DNA of 63,654 nt, filler included, from Octopus bimaculoides (lineage: Eukaryota), in the NCBI RefSeq assembly GCF_001194135.2. It is 4 parts of 4 records of this genome, joined end to end, with 100 filler letters (N's around TTAATTAATTAA, not from the genome) between each part and the next. Parts side by side here need not be neighbours in the genome. Positions count along the whole stretch, not along the records: positions 1 to 15,199 come from NC_068982.1; positions 15,300 to 42,673 come from NC_069005.1; 2 more parts are not named here. The stretch is one strand, 5' to 3'. The notes beneath the pieces were generated by a model. The model had not been told where the DNA came from and did no database searches. It saw nothing but the letters and a program-made list of their open reading frames with translations. The position numbers and the translations under genes were made by a program. Of the stretch, positions 11,149 to 23,645 are shown piece after piece. Numbering within the stretch: position 1 is the first letter of the stretch; each line of letters begins with the position of its first letter.

Positions 11149-12469
11149 TTCAAGAGTTTTGAGACCTTTGCAGAAGAGATAATTATTAGTTTCAAAGAGG
11201 TACAAAACTATTCTCCCTCGAAGTAGGATCCTTTCACTTCAATGCACTTGTTGTAGCGCTCTAGCCACTTCGTGAAAGCTCCATGGAAGTCCTCCAAGGT
11301 GAAAGTGTCCAGGACCCTTGTCACAGCCTCCTTTATCTTCTCAATGTCATCAAAACGTCTACCCTTGAGTTTCTCTTTCAGTCTGGAGAACAACCAAAAG
11401 TCACAGGGAGAAAGATCTGGACTGTAGGGAGGTTGAGGGACAGTTTTGATGCCCATCTCTGTCAAGTAGTTGGTTACCAGGATGGAATTGTGGACTGGTG
11501 TATTGTCCTGGTGCAGATGCCACCGACCCGATTGGTAGAGCTCTGGCCTTTTGTAGGGAAATCTTTCCCCGAACTCCCTCAAAACCTCCACAAAGTACTC
11601 TTTGGTGACACTCTGGCCAGAGGGAACCCAGTGGGTGTAGATTATGCCCTTGCTGTCGAAAAAGGGGATCATCATGAGCTTCCCGGTGTACTTACTTTGC
11701 TTGGCCTTCTTGGGTGTGGGAGAATCAAGATTACTTTGGGTACTCTGTCCCTCGATCTCTGGATCATAACAGTAGATCCAGCTTTCGTCACAAGTCACCA
11801 GAGACTCAAGTACACTTGGATTGGAGGTAATGAGTTCAACCATCTCCTTGCTGTCACCAACGCGTCTTTCTTTTTGTTCATCACTGAGCACACTAGGAAC
11901 AAACTTAGCACAAATTTTGCGCATGTTCAAATCTTCATGAATAATTCTGTGTACAGTTGCCACACCAACTCCAAATTGTATGCTTATTGTCTTTATAGAC
12001 ACACGACTGTCTTCATCCAGAAAATTGCGAATTTTCTCTACTAGTTCTGATGTTCTGACGTCTTTCTCCCTTCCACACCTCTCATCGTCTCTTACCTCTT
12101 CTCTACCGTCTTTAAACCTCTTGTGCCAGCGAAAAACAGATGATCGGCACATACAAGTCAAACCATAAGCAGTCTGGAGCATTTCATAAGTTTCTCTAGC
12201 GTTTTTGCCCAGTTTAACACAAAACTTTATTGCATAGCGAACTTCCAAATTGTCTTCGCGTCCTGACTGCATTCTACAAACTTGTTCGCTGCAACAAGCG
12301 GTGTTTAATAGGGTGTTTTCGAAGGGATCTTACAGCCGTTTTGCTCAGTCTGGAATTTAAAAAAAAAAACATTCGCAGGTCAACTTAAATGTATTACTAA
12401 AATGACAATAATTTACGATAGTTACAACTGCCTCTCCTAAAAGTTTCAAAACTTCCGGAATGCACCTCG
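11149..12469 (-). mobile_element. Mariner transposon, near full length; right end TA-CGAGGTGCATTCCGGAAGTTTTGAAAC, left TIR partly in the gap
   Basis: TA at 12470-12471; imperfect inverted match ttcaagagttttgagacc at 11149. Confidence 0.93.
11208..12272 (-). CDS. Mariner transposase, 354 aa, D,D34D triad
   Basis: N-terminal HTH region, FVPSVL (WVPHEL-like), TCDESW, HQDN-x-YSPDLSPCD with 34 residues between the catalytic Asp residues. Confidence 0.95.
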   Translation of the reverse strand: MQSGREDNLEVRYAIKFCVKLGKNARETYEMLQTAYGLTCMCRSSVFRWHKRFKDGREEVRDDERCGREKDVRTSELVEKIRNFLDEDSRVSIKTISIQFGVGVATVHRIIHEDLNMRKICAKFVPSVLSDEQKERRVGDSKEMVELITSNPSVLESLVTCDESWIYCYDPEIEGQSTQSNLDSPTPKKAKQSKYTGKLMMIPFFDSKGIIYTHWVPSGQSVTKEYFVEVLREFGERFPYKRPELYQSGRWHLHQDNTPVHNSILVTNYLTEMGIKTVPQPPYSPDLSPCDFWLFSRLKEKLKGRRFDDIEKIKEAVTRVLDTFTLEDFHGAFTKWLERYNKCIEVKGSYFEGE

Positions 12470-14096
12470 TAAATATGAAAAAAATGAAAACCCTTCAGTG
12501 TGAACCAAGATTCAGGTTACGAATCTTGACGGAATGTTCGCAAAAACGAACGCCAAGTGATCAACTAAAGTTTTGCACTTCCTAACGTTACAAGCTTATT
12601 TATACATTGCGCACGGACGTAGTAGAAATCACATCAACAGTGCGACAAGCAACTACAAATATGGCAGCTGAAATATAACAACTGTGTTTTTTGTTTCAAT
12701 GTTTGAAGTGTAAACTACTGGAACTTCATTACAAAACCTAACCAGTTCACTGAAAAATCCAAAGAAAAGACATGTGGCTACATTTTATCGCAGAAATTCT
12801 GTTTCAGAGATAGTTCTGGCACATAATATCACCACAAACATCTTGTGTTGTCTACACTGAAAAATCAATATAGGCTACGATCAAGACTACATTTTAAGTC
12901 TTTCATTTGCCCGTTCAAGATATTTTTTGTCAAAAATTCAAAGTATAATAATATATAATGTAGTGTTTTGTAAATTCATTCTCCTAGATGACAATTCAAG
13001 TCAGATACGATGGGTCTGATTGCACCAACAAACACAATTTTTAGATACCAATCCGCCATTTTCTCTTCTAACAATTTTCAGTCGATAACAATATTCTTAA
13101 TATTTTGTTAAAAACATCATTTTTGGACTGTAAATGATAACACAATTAGTTACATTTATGATGATGTTTCCTTTGTAAATAGTTGAATAAAGTTATTTTT
13201 TGTATCTTTAGTGAGTTTTAATGACCGGAAATCTGGTTTTTACTTCGGATATACTATTAACACAGGACATAGACGTTACGAGTTAGGTTGAAATGTCACA
13301 TTTTCTTCAGTTGTAATATAATAAATTCGTGTTTGCTTTAATATTTCATTTCATAACATATTTCCTATAGATTTACAGTCAAAGCAATATTTTCATATAT
13401 ATTGTATTTTTCCGACTGAAGAGCGACGAAACTCTGTTTTCATCATAGTATCTTCATAGTCCTATATCATTAAAACCACTTTATTTTTCGAGTGATTTCC
13501 CTATTATCAGCAAATTATTTTCACACGTATTATTTTCCACTGTATTACTCCTTTCTAATATAGGCACAAGGCCTGAAGTTTTGCGGGAGTGGACTAGTTG
13601 ATTACATCCACCGCTTGTACTTCAACGATAATTTATTCCATCGCCCCCGAAAGGATGAAGGGCAAAGTCGATGTCGGCGACATTTGAACCGAGAATGTAA
13701 AATCGAACGAAATACCGCTTGGCATTTTGTCCGGCGCAGGAAAATTTCTGCCAGCTCGCTGCCTTATTTCTCACTATAATAATAGATTGTAATAGAACTC
13801 ATTTTAATTATTATTTTTCAAAACTAATTAACGAGGTCCCAAACGTTGTTTATATCATCTTTACAAAGATATCTACAACTCTATATTTCGGTTGCATTTC
13901 TATCTTGTCGGAATCCAGTGATATTTCCTTATAACTGAACATATTACCTTCAATTCATATTGGAGCCCAAAAAGGGAATTTTGTTGAGATTGTAAATAAA
14001 AGATATACGAATGTTAGTTGCCGATAGAGATGTAAACACACACAGGCTTGATTTAAATGATTGTGAATATGTATGGGTTTTAAATACATGTACATC

Positions 14097-14119
<23 letters not shown>

Positions 14120-14127
<8 letters not shown>

Positions 14128-14315
14128 CATCATCACTATCGTCGTTTAACGTCCGCTTTCCATGCTAGCATGGGTTGGACGATTTGACTGAGGACTGGCA
14201 AGCCAGAAGGCTGCACCAGGCTCCAATCTGATCTGGCAGAGTTTCTACAGCTGGATGCCCTTCCAAACGCCAACCACTCCGAGAGTGTAGTGGCTGCTTT
14301 TACGTGCCACCGGTA
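14120..14315 (-). mobile_element. 5'-truncated RTE 3' end; related copies near 20380-20580, 21400-21670, 22340-22570, 25290-25640, 26620-26800, 36730-36940, 39700-39990, 41190-41410
   Basis: catcatcat..tttaacgtccgctttccatgc..ctggatgcccttcctaacgccaaccact shared with 1995-2170. Confidence 0.85.
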
Positions 14316-15648
14316 CGAACATGAGTCAACAGGTGAGATCCAGAGATGCTAAATATAGAAAACATATAATAGTGCTCAAATGATTTGAACTGAAACTCCA
14401 AAATCTTTATCTGGGTCTGCAGGATAAGGTGGCTATAAGAGGAATACGGGTGAGCTAATATGGAGATAGTGGTGCAAATAAACATACTTGGGCTTGATAT
14501 AACGCAGGCACAAGCTCACAATCATGAGATAATGAGTTCGATTCCCAGACCAGACTGTGTGTTGTGTTCTTAAGCAAGACACTTTATTTCACATTGCTCC
14601 AGTTCACTCAGCTGTAGAAATGAGTTGCCACATCACTGGTGCCAAGCTGTATTGGCTTTTGTCTTTCCCTTGGATAACATCAGTGGCGTGGAGAGGGGAG
14701 GCTGGTATGCATGGACGGCTGCTGGTCTTCCATAAACAACCTTGCCCGTACTTGTGCCTCGGAAGGGAACTGTCTAGGTGGTCTTTACCCTTTATATATA
14801 TATAAATATATAGCGAGAGAAACAAAAACTGAAAATACTCATCAGATGAACACTCGTGTATAAACCTATAGATATTTATATATTTACAGCATAAATTTAC
14901 ATGGAAGTACAAAAAATACAGAAAACTAAGAGTGGGGTATAGTATTTCAACTGTTTCTGGGGACTTGGTATTATATAATAGTTGTAATGTTGGCAATATA
15001 AAGAACCATAGATAAGATGTGAAATAAAATTTTTTTTATATATATTAGACTAAAAATTTTTTAAAAAATTAAACTTATATATTTAATATCATTTAAAGGA
15101 CACATAAGAGATAAAATTTATTTTATAATTAATGTAAAGAATTGATACATAGGATTTACATGGTTTATAATGATGGACTCATCAAGGTTTAAGAAACTCN
15201 NNNNNNNNNNNNNNNNNNNNNNNNNNNNNNNNNNNNNNNNNNNTTAATTAATTAANNNNNNNNNNNNNNNNNNNNNNNNNNNNNNNNNNNNNNNNNNNNT
15301 ATATACAGGTGAAGTATATTTGCCACTTAAATGCGGCTAACCACTAAGGATGAATGCTACTGTAGCTTGTAGCCCCAGGAGAACATCTCCTCCAGCTGGC
15401 TATTGACACACTTTCTGTGCCCTGTCGGTATTTGCAAAGGAAAGTCATCCTACCCATCGTCGACCTGACGTGATACGCACGGACCCGGGTTTCTGGGTAT
15501 TTACCCTTTGTCAGCGTACGACAATCACCGATCTTCGATGCGAAGGGGTCCCATTGCAAATACATATATCCTTTTTCCAGTGACGAAAATTCACTGATCT
15601 CGAAAAAGTGTAAACTAGCAATAATAAATCTCTAATATATATATATAT

Positions 15649-16205
15649 GCATGGTCTGATCAATAAGTAACTGGACTCTTACCATAGTAACGAAGCTAAA
15701 GCAGGCAGAGTGAAGCCGCTTGGCACAAATTGTCCTTGAACTCTGCTGTGCATGCACACTAAGTTTTAACGTTCTTGCTCTCTTTTGCTGGTTACACCAG
15801 TGCTTGGAAGGAACGTGTGTAGCATGTGATCGTCGCATTGACCATCGCAGAGAAAGTTGAGCGGAGAATCTGCATCAAGCTGTACCTTGGCGATGCTTGC
15901 TCAAAGGCCTACGCAAAGTTGCAGAAAGTGTATGGAGAGGAGTGTATGAGCCGAAAAAGCGTCGCTAGTGCCGAACATTCTAGGAGATCCGCAACCAGCG
16001 GAACTGAGAAAAGCATTGCAGATGTGCGTGCAACTGTGAAGGGAATCGTCGAATCACCATCTGTGAGTTATCAGAGGATGTGCAGATTAGTTACGGTTCA
16101 GTTCAGTCCATTATCCCTGAAAATTTGGGTATGAGACGCGTCTCTGCCAAGTTGGTGCCAAAACTGCTTTCAGCTGACAACGCACCTGTCCATTCAGCGC
16201 ACGGT
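15649..16205 (+). mobile_element. Internally deleted, degenerate mariner of a second family
   Basis: RICIK..AYAKLQKVYGEECMSR, ISYGSVQSIIPENLGMRRVSAKLVPKLLSA joined directly to DNAPVHSA. Confidence 0.8.
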
Positions 16206-17024
16206 TCTGGCATGGTCCTGTGATCGTGAAGGGCTCATAAGGACTTGCAAGTTATGTTCACTACTCGTAACTACATGTTATTCTGCTTACTGTCTTTCCA
16301 CATTGCACTACAAAGGTGACAACAAGTCAGGATTCAATGTCATCTCAAAAGCTGGCTACCGTTATTGTACCCAATAATCCGTTATTGTACTCTACTTCAC
16401 CATGTTCTGAGACACATGCTAATAAGCGGTAACGATAGTGCATTTGAGCCTTTTGAACTCGATCAAAGGTCAATAGTTGGTCCTCACCAGTGATCATTGT
16501 ATGACATAGCTTGTTCCGTTGTACAACTTTCAAATTTCATGTTATCGTTGTATTTTCCTTTTGCCAACCCTTACCGCTTATCTCTTTCGTCGAGTTCACG
16601 TCACAAGTCCACCTATATCAACTAATTGATGTCACACATCCATATCGCCGTATCGATACGGATGTGTGACGTTATCTCTGGTACATCAAAGAAAAAAAAA
16701 TCATTGACCCTTTGTCGTATTCCAGAGAGAAAGAGAGAGAGAGGGGAGGCTTTCTTCCGCTCCTGGATAAGATAAAACAACAAGCTGATAACTATTCCCT
16801 TGTGTCTGTCTGATGTTGTTGGTGTGGCTCGCCTACTTATGATTAGTCGCCAGATATCTTTCAAATTTTACCGCCCTTAAAAATGGGTGAAAACGGGAAA
16901 ATGGTGTGTAAACAAACTTTAGGTCAGTTCAAATATGTCTGGGACGAGAAAGATAAAAGATAAAAGAAGGATAATAAATCATTGGGTAAAATCAGCTTGT
17001 TTGATTAAAATCGTCTGCTTTTCG

Positions 17025-17095
17025 CTCGCTCGCTCTCGCTCCCTCTCACTCTCTTGCTTTCTCTCTCTCTCTCTCTCGCTCCCTCTCACTCTCTT

Positions 17096-17136
<41 letters not shown>

Positions 17137-17148
17137 CTCTCCCTCTCA
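17025..17148. repeat. (CT)n-rich tract with an internal 40-bp duplication
   Basis: direct reading. Confidence 0.9.
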
Positions 17149-18403
17149 AACTCTATTTGGTGAGTGGTAAGGGGAGGCACTTAGCTTTCCAAACGTTCGG
17201 ACATTAATGATATCCATCTCACGGGTCTTGGAAAACCTGCGAAAGATATGAACACTGCTCTTCCTCGCAGCCATCCTCACAAAGAAAAAAAATCAGAAAA
17301 TGTATTTATCTTTATTCTTTACTTGTTTCAGTGATTAGACTGCGGCCATGCTGGGGCACATCTTTGAAGAGTTTTAGTTGAATGAATCGAGCTCAGTACC
17401 CAATAGTTTTTAACGGATTTATAGTGAAACGAACACAAATAATTATCGTCTGCACCAATGAATATATTCTGAAATGTCGTCATTTTTACCCTTTTAAATT
17501 GTATCGTTCTTCTGGCAATCCTAAATATAAAATTAATTCAGCACATTCAGTATATAACCCAATTTATACACTCGTTTCTACAGTGTACAAAAAGTCCTGT
17601 GCACATTTTATTAACCTTAGTTCAACGGTGTATAAATTGCATAAAGTGTAAAGAAAAACAAAACCGATCGGTCTATTTTGCTGAACAGCTAAGTTACAGG
17701 GGCGTAAACAAACCTAAACCGGNNNNNNNNNNNNNNNNNNNNNNNNNNNNNNNNNNNNNNNNNGTAAGACTGTATATAGAACCATGTAGTTGGGAAAACA
17801 AACTTCTTACTATACAGCCACGCCAGCACCAAGTTAGCGGTTTTATAGGGTTTTTGTTTTACACTTTATGCAATTTATACACCATTGAACTAAGGTTAAT
17901 AAAATGTGCACAGGACTTTTTGTACTCTGTAGAAACGAGTGTATAAATTGGGTTATATACTGAATGTGCTGAATTAATTTTATATTTAGGATTGCCAGAA
18001 GAACGATACAATTTGAAAGGGTAAAAATGACGACATTTCAGAATATATTCATTGGTGCAGACGATATTTATTTGTGTTCGTTTCACCATACATCCGTTTG
18101 ATGATGATAATACGTTCGTATTATTTCCTCCTCCTCCTCCTCCTCCCCTCCTTCCCTTTCTCTTCCCTTTATGTTACGAACTTCATTAGCTTTTTGTCTT
18201 TTACTTGTTTCAGTTATTAGACTGCGGCCATGCTGGGGCAGCGTCTAGAATTTTTAATCTAATGAATCAACCTCCAGGACTTGTTTTTTAAGTCTGGTAC
18301 TCATTCTATCGTTCTTTTTGGCCGAACCGCTAAGTTACGGGGACACAAACACACCAACACCAGTTGTCAAGTGATGGTGGTGGGGGGGACAGCACAGACA
18401 CAA

Positions 18404-18442
<39 letters not shown>

Positions 18443-19114
18443 NNNNNNNNNNNNNNNNNNNNNNNNNNNNNNNNNNNNNNNNNNNNNNNNNNNNNNNNNN
18501 NNNNNNNNNNNNNNNNNNNNNNNNNNNNNNNNNNNNNNNNNNAAAAAAAAAAAAAAGTAGTGTGTGAGAGAGAGAGAGATTTATGAGTGATTTAGCTGCT
18601 ATTTTTAGCACATCTCACGACCACCTGATACCTTCTTTGTTTCTTTGTCACTGACATGTATTAATGTTTTTCAATATTTTTCTCTTCATAAACACCTCTA
18701 ATGGAATGATGGTTCACCCAAGGGCGGTCCATTACTGGGCTTTAAGCATAAAGTTCGGACTGTCCATGTTTTTAAACTAAATTTTTTTAATCGAAAAAGA
18801 GTGGAAATTTTAGGATTTATGGAAGAGAGCATTAAAGGATTTTATTTTATTTTATTTTTATATAATCATATATTCCCGTGTTTTAATCAAGAATTTGCAA
18901 AAATTTCCTGGAAATTCCAAAAAGTAAAAAAGTTATGAGGATTTATATAAGATACTTAAATCAGAATTCTGCCCACATTTCTATAGGTATGCCTTAGTCT
19001 TATAGATTCTAACCATCTTTTTCTTTTATTTTATTTTCAAAATAACTATTTTCTTTTACCATTGAATAAATTTTTTCAGGTTTCTTTTCAGACATCTAAG
19101 GGACATAATTGAAG

Positions 19115-19205
19115 GACAGAGCGGAAGTGAAGGGAAGGGGAGTTAGTCTCCGTTTGTTGAGGCTGTAAGCGACTCTTTTCCCGTTGTGTCGTCCACAGCT
19201 TCACC
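19115..19205 (+). promoter_or_regulatory. eIF3m core promoter/5'UTR with ETS-like CGGAAGTG and TCT-like CTCTTTTCCC (19173-19182)
   Basis: gagcggaagtga near 19120-19130; pyrimidine tract 33 nt upstream of the ATG. Confidence 0.55.
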
Positions 19206-19247
19206 ATGAGTATTCCAGTCTTTATAGATTTAACTGTTCCAGAACAG
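19206..19247 (+). CDS. EIF3M: eIF3 subunit M, coding exon 1 (MSIPVFIDLTVPEQ)
   Basis: ATG in TTCACCATG context, 42 nt then GTAAAT donor; resembles vertebrate eIF3m N-terminus MSVPAFIDISEEDQ. Confidence 0.95.
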
Positions 19248-21022
19248 GTAAATATTAATTCCTTTTAATACACAATATCGTTTCAATGGAATCTAATCTT
19301 CGTTCATTGTTTTCGTCTCTTTTAAAGTAACATTAAATCAATTTGATGCTGTTAAATTGCCATAATGAACACCGGCTGGTGATAACACGAGGAAACCCAA
19401 GAATAATTAAATAATAATAATAATAATATAATAGTTATTAAAGTACCAATCTATAACATCTGTTATCATGTGGTATATCCAGGACTACATGATATGTTTG
19501 CAGAATTATATCCCGAAGTTTAAAATCTCGCTGTAAAATTAGGCTCATCAAGGCTGTACAGGAAAGCCTCTTAGTGGTCGCTCAGCCTGCTAGAAATAAC
19601 AGTAAAATCGCTCGAATCACACCTTACTACTTTAAACAGCAACGCATTGAATATTGTACTAGCAATTACGGTATTATGTCTAGAAATAAGACTGGATCGC
19701 CTTTGGTCGTGGGGCAACTCGATTGTGTTAACCTAATTATTGTTTAAATATATACATATCTTACTGAATCCCCTTCATCTATCATCTAACAATATTGTTT
19801 TCTCCATCCTGTTAGAATCACAGTATATCGTCATTCCCTTTTTATGTCCACTTTTCTATGCTGTCATGAGTTGGACGGGTTTTCTGAGACTGTTTCATGG
19901 TTGGTTAGTCTTCCTGTCGCCGACCCTTTTAATCACCTCTTACATCATGTTGGGATACACTGTACTTATCCCAAGGTCCCCTCAAACTAAACGTGAACCG
20001 CATCAATTTCAATCGTCTGGGAAGAACTGACACTTTTTTTGTTAATACTAAATGCTTTTAACGTAGCATCATCACCAGTGATTTTTACGTGGTACCAGCA
20101 CTGAGCCGCATCAGTCTCACTTGTCTGGAAACAACTGACACTTTGTTATTACCTGACTTTTCACTTTCTCATTCATCATCATCATCATCATCAACACGTA
20201 GCATCTGTTAACATGGTTAGACTAGCATCATGTCCAAAGAGAAGTTTTTTCCCTCATGTATTCAACACCACAGAACTGTTTTATATTTTTGAAGTTACAT
20301 GTAGAGGGCCATTGAAATGTTCCTGAATGGGATATGATCCATTGGTTGGCTGAATCACTGACCTAATCGTCATCATTCAGTGTCTGCTTTCCATGCTGGC
20401 ATGAGTTGGACAGCTTGACAGGAGCTGGCAAAGCCAGGGACTGCACCAGGCTCCATGGTCAGTTTTGGCTTGGCTTTCTAGAGTTGGATGCCTATCCTAA
20501 CACGAACCACTTTACAGAGTGTACTGGGTGCTTTTTACATAGCACCATCACTATTGCTTTTTATGTGGTACCAGCACACAGAGGGAAGCGAGCTGCTTAA
20601 TCACATAGCTCATGCTTCATAGTTCAACGTATACTTCCTTTTATAAAACTGTATCTTCTAATTCAAGGCAGATTTAGCTGCTGTTTCTAGCAGCTTGAGT
20701 GAATACTTCATTGGCTCAAAAGAAATGAATTTAACCTTTTAGCATTTAAACTGGTCAGAACTGGCCTCCCTCACACCTACCTTGAAATTTCATTCTAAAT
20801 GATAAATTCAGAGCAGTGTCAATAAATAAGCATCAAATTTGACTGAGTAATCTGAATACTAAAGGGTTAAAATTATTTGTTTTCAAATTCAAATATTCCA
20901 ATTGTGTTTTACTAAACTGATTTCAGACTAAAAGTAAAATATTTAAGCAACATAATAATAATAATAATAATAATAATAATCTTGAAATATGATTCTCTAA
21001 CAATGGTATTATTTTTGTTTAG

Positions 21023-21155
21023 ACTATTGAACTTCGTGTTTACCTGAAGTCTCTTGGAGCTGATATAAAGGAAGAAAATGCTGCAGATCTGAGACAAGAT
21101 TTAAAAGAAATTGTAAAGGCATCTCCAGTCTGTTTTAAAGAACCATCAGACTCCG
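21023..21155 (+). CDS. EIF3M: eIF3m exon 2 (TIELRVYLKSLGADIKEENAADLRQDLKEIVKASPVCFKEPSDS)
   Basis: tttgtttag acceptor, 133 nt, GTAATT donor, phase 0 to 1; similar to ELRAYLKSKGAEISEEN. Confidence 0.95.
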
Positions 21156-21896
21156 GTAATTATTTCGTTTACTATCTCTTATGAATTTCTGCTACTTTTT
21201 ATTTTAATTTTCATATCATATGTATGTAATGTTATAATAAGCAATGCTTTATATCAGGGTTTCTCATCTGCTGGGTCTTACTGGGCCACACAGATGGCTT
21301 GTTTCATAAGAAGCTGAGAGATGGTAAAATAACAAAAGAAAAGAAAGGACGTTGTCAAGATAAGTGAAATTGCGGCCATCCATGCATACAGGCAAGTCGT
21401 TTACAGTCCATGCCAGTGCTACATGGAAAGCATTAGTGCCAGTGCCGCGTAAAAAGCATTCATTCCGGTGCCATGTGAAAAGTACTCATGCCAGTGACAT
21501 ATAGAAAACGCCCAGCACACTCTGTAAAGTGGTTGGCGTTAGGAACGGCATCCAGTCATAGAAACCTTGCCAAAACAGATGACTAGAGCCTGGGTAGCTC
21601 TCCAGCTGGCCAACTCCTATCAAGCCATCCAATCCCTGCCACCATGGGAAACAGATGTTGAATGATGATAAGAAAAGGTAAAGACTTAAGATGGACCAAG
21701 AATAGAAAAATCTCTGTTCTTTTCTCTCTCTCCTCTATCTCTCCTCTCTCTCTCTCTCTCTCGTTATGAAATATATGATTTAATTGCAAATTTCATTTCT
21801 GTAATCTTTGTAGACATTGAAATTACATTTCATTTAATAATTTTAATTATTAACTTAAACATTTTTTTTTTTTCTTTTTTTCGTTTTCAATTCCAG

Positions 21897-22038
21897 ATGT
21901 TGAAATGTTTTTCAATAGTGTTATATCTCTCATCATGTTGGTTCCTGAAACAGAGGTTGAAGAGATTGTTTCCTTGTTTTGTGATATCATCTCTAAAGCT
22001 CCTCCTGGAGACAAAAGGGGTCACTTGCGTTTAAGACT
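21897..22038 (+). CDS. EIF3M: eIF3m exon 3 (DVEMFFNSVISLIMLVPETEVEEIVSLFCDIISKAPPGDKRGHLRLR)
   Basis: polypyrimidine ttccag acceptor, 142 nt, GTAAGT donor, phase 1 to 2. Confidence 0.95.
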
Positions 22039-23075
22039 GTAAGTTCTATTTTACTACATCTTCTTTATCCCCTTGTTATGAACCCACTTGAGGCAACTTC
22101 TATTTCTCTATTAACAAAACTTATCTTTTTAACCCCCTTTGATACCAACCCACCTCCTGGCTCTGTGCTATGAACATCTTATTTCCAAGAGTCCTGAATT
22201 AAAATCTTCCATTAAAAAATTCAGTATTAATTTATGTTCCAAACACTAGTTTAATAATGACAAAGTTATTTTACTAAATTCTTCATTATTTAAAAAATTA
22301 ATTGAAGTAAAAACAGAGTAACTCATCAGAAATCATCATCTTCAATTAACATCTTCCTTCTATGGGTTGGACGTTAGTACCATACTTCTGCGTCTGTTTT
22401 GGCATGGTTTTTACAGCTGCATCCCCTTCCTAACACCAACCACTCTGCAGAGTCGGCTGAGTGCTTTTTTCGGAGCACCAGCACAGGCAAGGTCAGTTTT
22501 GTCATGGTTTTTACAGCTGGATGCCCTTCCAAATGCCAACCACTTTATAGTGTGGACTGGATGCTTTTAAGAAATACAGTATCAAATGGTTAAAGGGTTT
22601 GTATTTAAGATAGAATCTAAATATAATTTTATGTAATAACCTTTACCCTAGATAGTGCTATGTAACTGGATAAAACCCAGAACTATGTGATTCTGAAGTG
22701 AACACCTTGACCACTGGACCCTCACTGTCCTATCACACACCTATGTATCATCTCATACACTCAGCAATAGAGAAATCTGCCAATCATTCTACCGGTGTAT
22801 GTCATGGTTTTACCACAGAATTCCCTTCCTATTGCCAACAACTTTACAGCAGAGAGTGGGTGCTTTCTGTTATGTCACTGATAAACACGAATGGCTGTGT
22901 GCAACAACATTTGAGATTTCCCTCTCTTGTCTGTATCAGCATAATCCTACATTCATTTTTCCTTGCTGGCATTGGTAGAACAGGTCTTCTCAGAACACAG
23001 CATCACTCTCTTGTTGTGGCCCGTCATCTTTATGAAGTTCATTATCATGAGATCAAAGCATTCCATATCTTCTAT

Positions 23076-23110
<35 letters not shown>

Positions 23111-23521
23111 TCAATACAGTATGAATTTATTAGTCCACTGTACATAAATTTTAGTAAAATATAATGTAAATAATGATTAACTAAATAAAGCAAGCAAAAA
23201 AATGTGGCAATATAAAAATTATAATGAAATATTCAAAAATTTTATTTTTAAATTAATTCACATAAATATCTGGAAAATTAGTTAAGTGATAATATTCTTT
23301 AGACCTTTTACTGATTTCTATCATTGGATTATGGCCATGTTAGAACACCACTTTCAAAAGTATTTAATCAGTTTTATCAACCCCAGTACCCAGCCTGGTT
23401 TTAATTTTATGATCCTTGCAAAAGGGGAAATTAAAGCCAACCCTGCACCCATATATTACATTATAACTAATCTGTTTGTTCCTGTTAAGGGTTTAATTTC
23501 TTGGTGTTTATCTCTCTTCAG

Positions 23522-23645
23522 ACTGACCAATGTGTTTAGTGGACTGGACGAAGCATCCTATCTGCGTTACACTGTTTACTACAGTATGTTACGTTTAGGG
23601 AAACAGGCTGATCTTTTACAAATGGTACCCACTGACCTGAGCAAG
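23522..23645 (+). CDS. EIF3M: eIF3m exon 4 (LTNVFSGLDEASYLRYTVYYSMLRLGKQADLLQMVPTDLSK)
   Basis: ctcttcag acceptor, 124 nt, GTAAGT donor; RYTVY and PTDL motifs match eIF3m. Confidence 0.95.

Noticed and set aside
11283-12044. 253-aa ORF antisense to the mariner transposase
   Set aside because: Shadow ORF of the transposase; no recognisable domain. The same applies to + strand ORFs over the RTE.
13412-13440. CTGAAGA-GCGAC-GAAAC hammerhead-like core; also CAGATGA-ACAC/GTGT near 14845
   Set aside because: Helix II too short or core mutated, and helices I and III unsupported; at most heavily decayed relics.
15244-15255. TTAATTAATTAA inside N runs (also 42718-42729 and 59042-59053)
   Set aside because: Always 44 N + 12 bp + 44 N = 100 bp with stops in all six frames; an assembly join marker, not biology.
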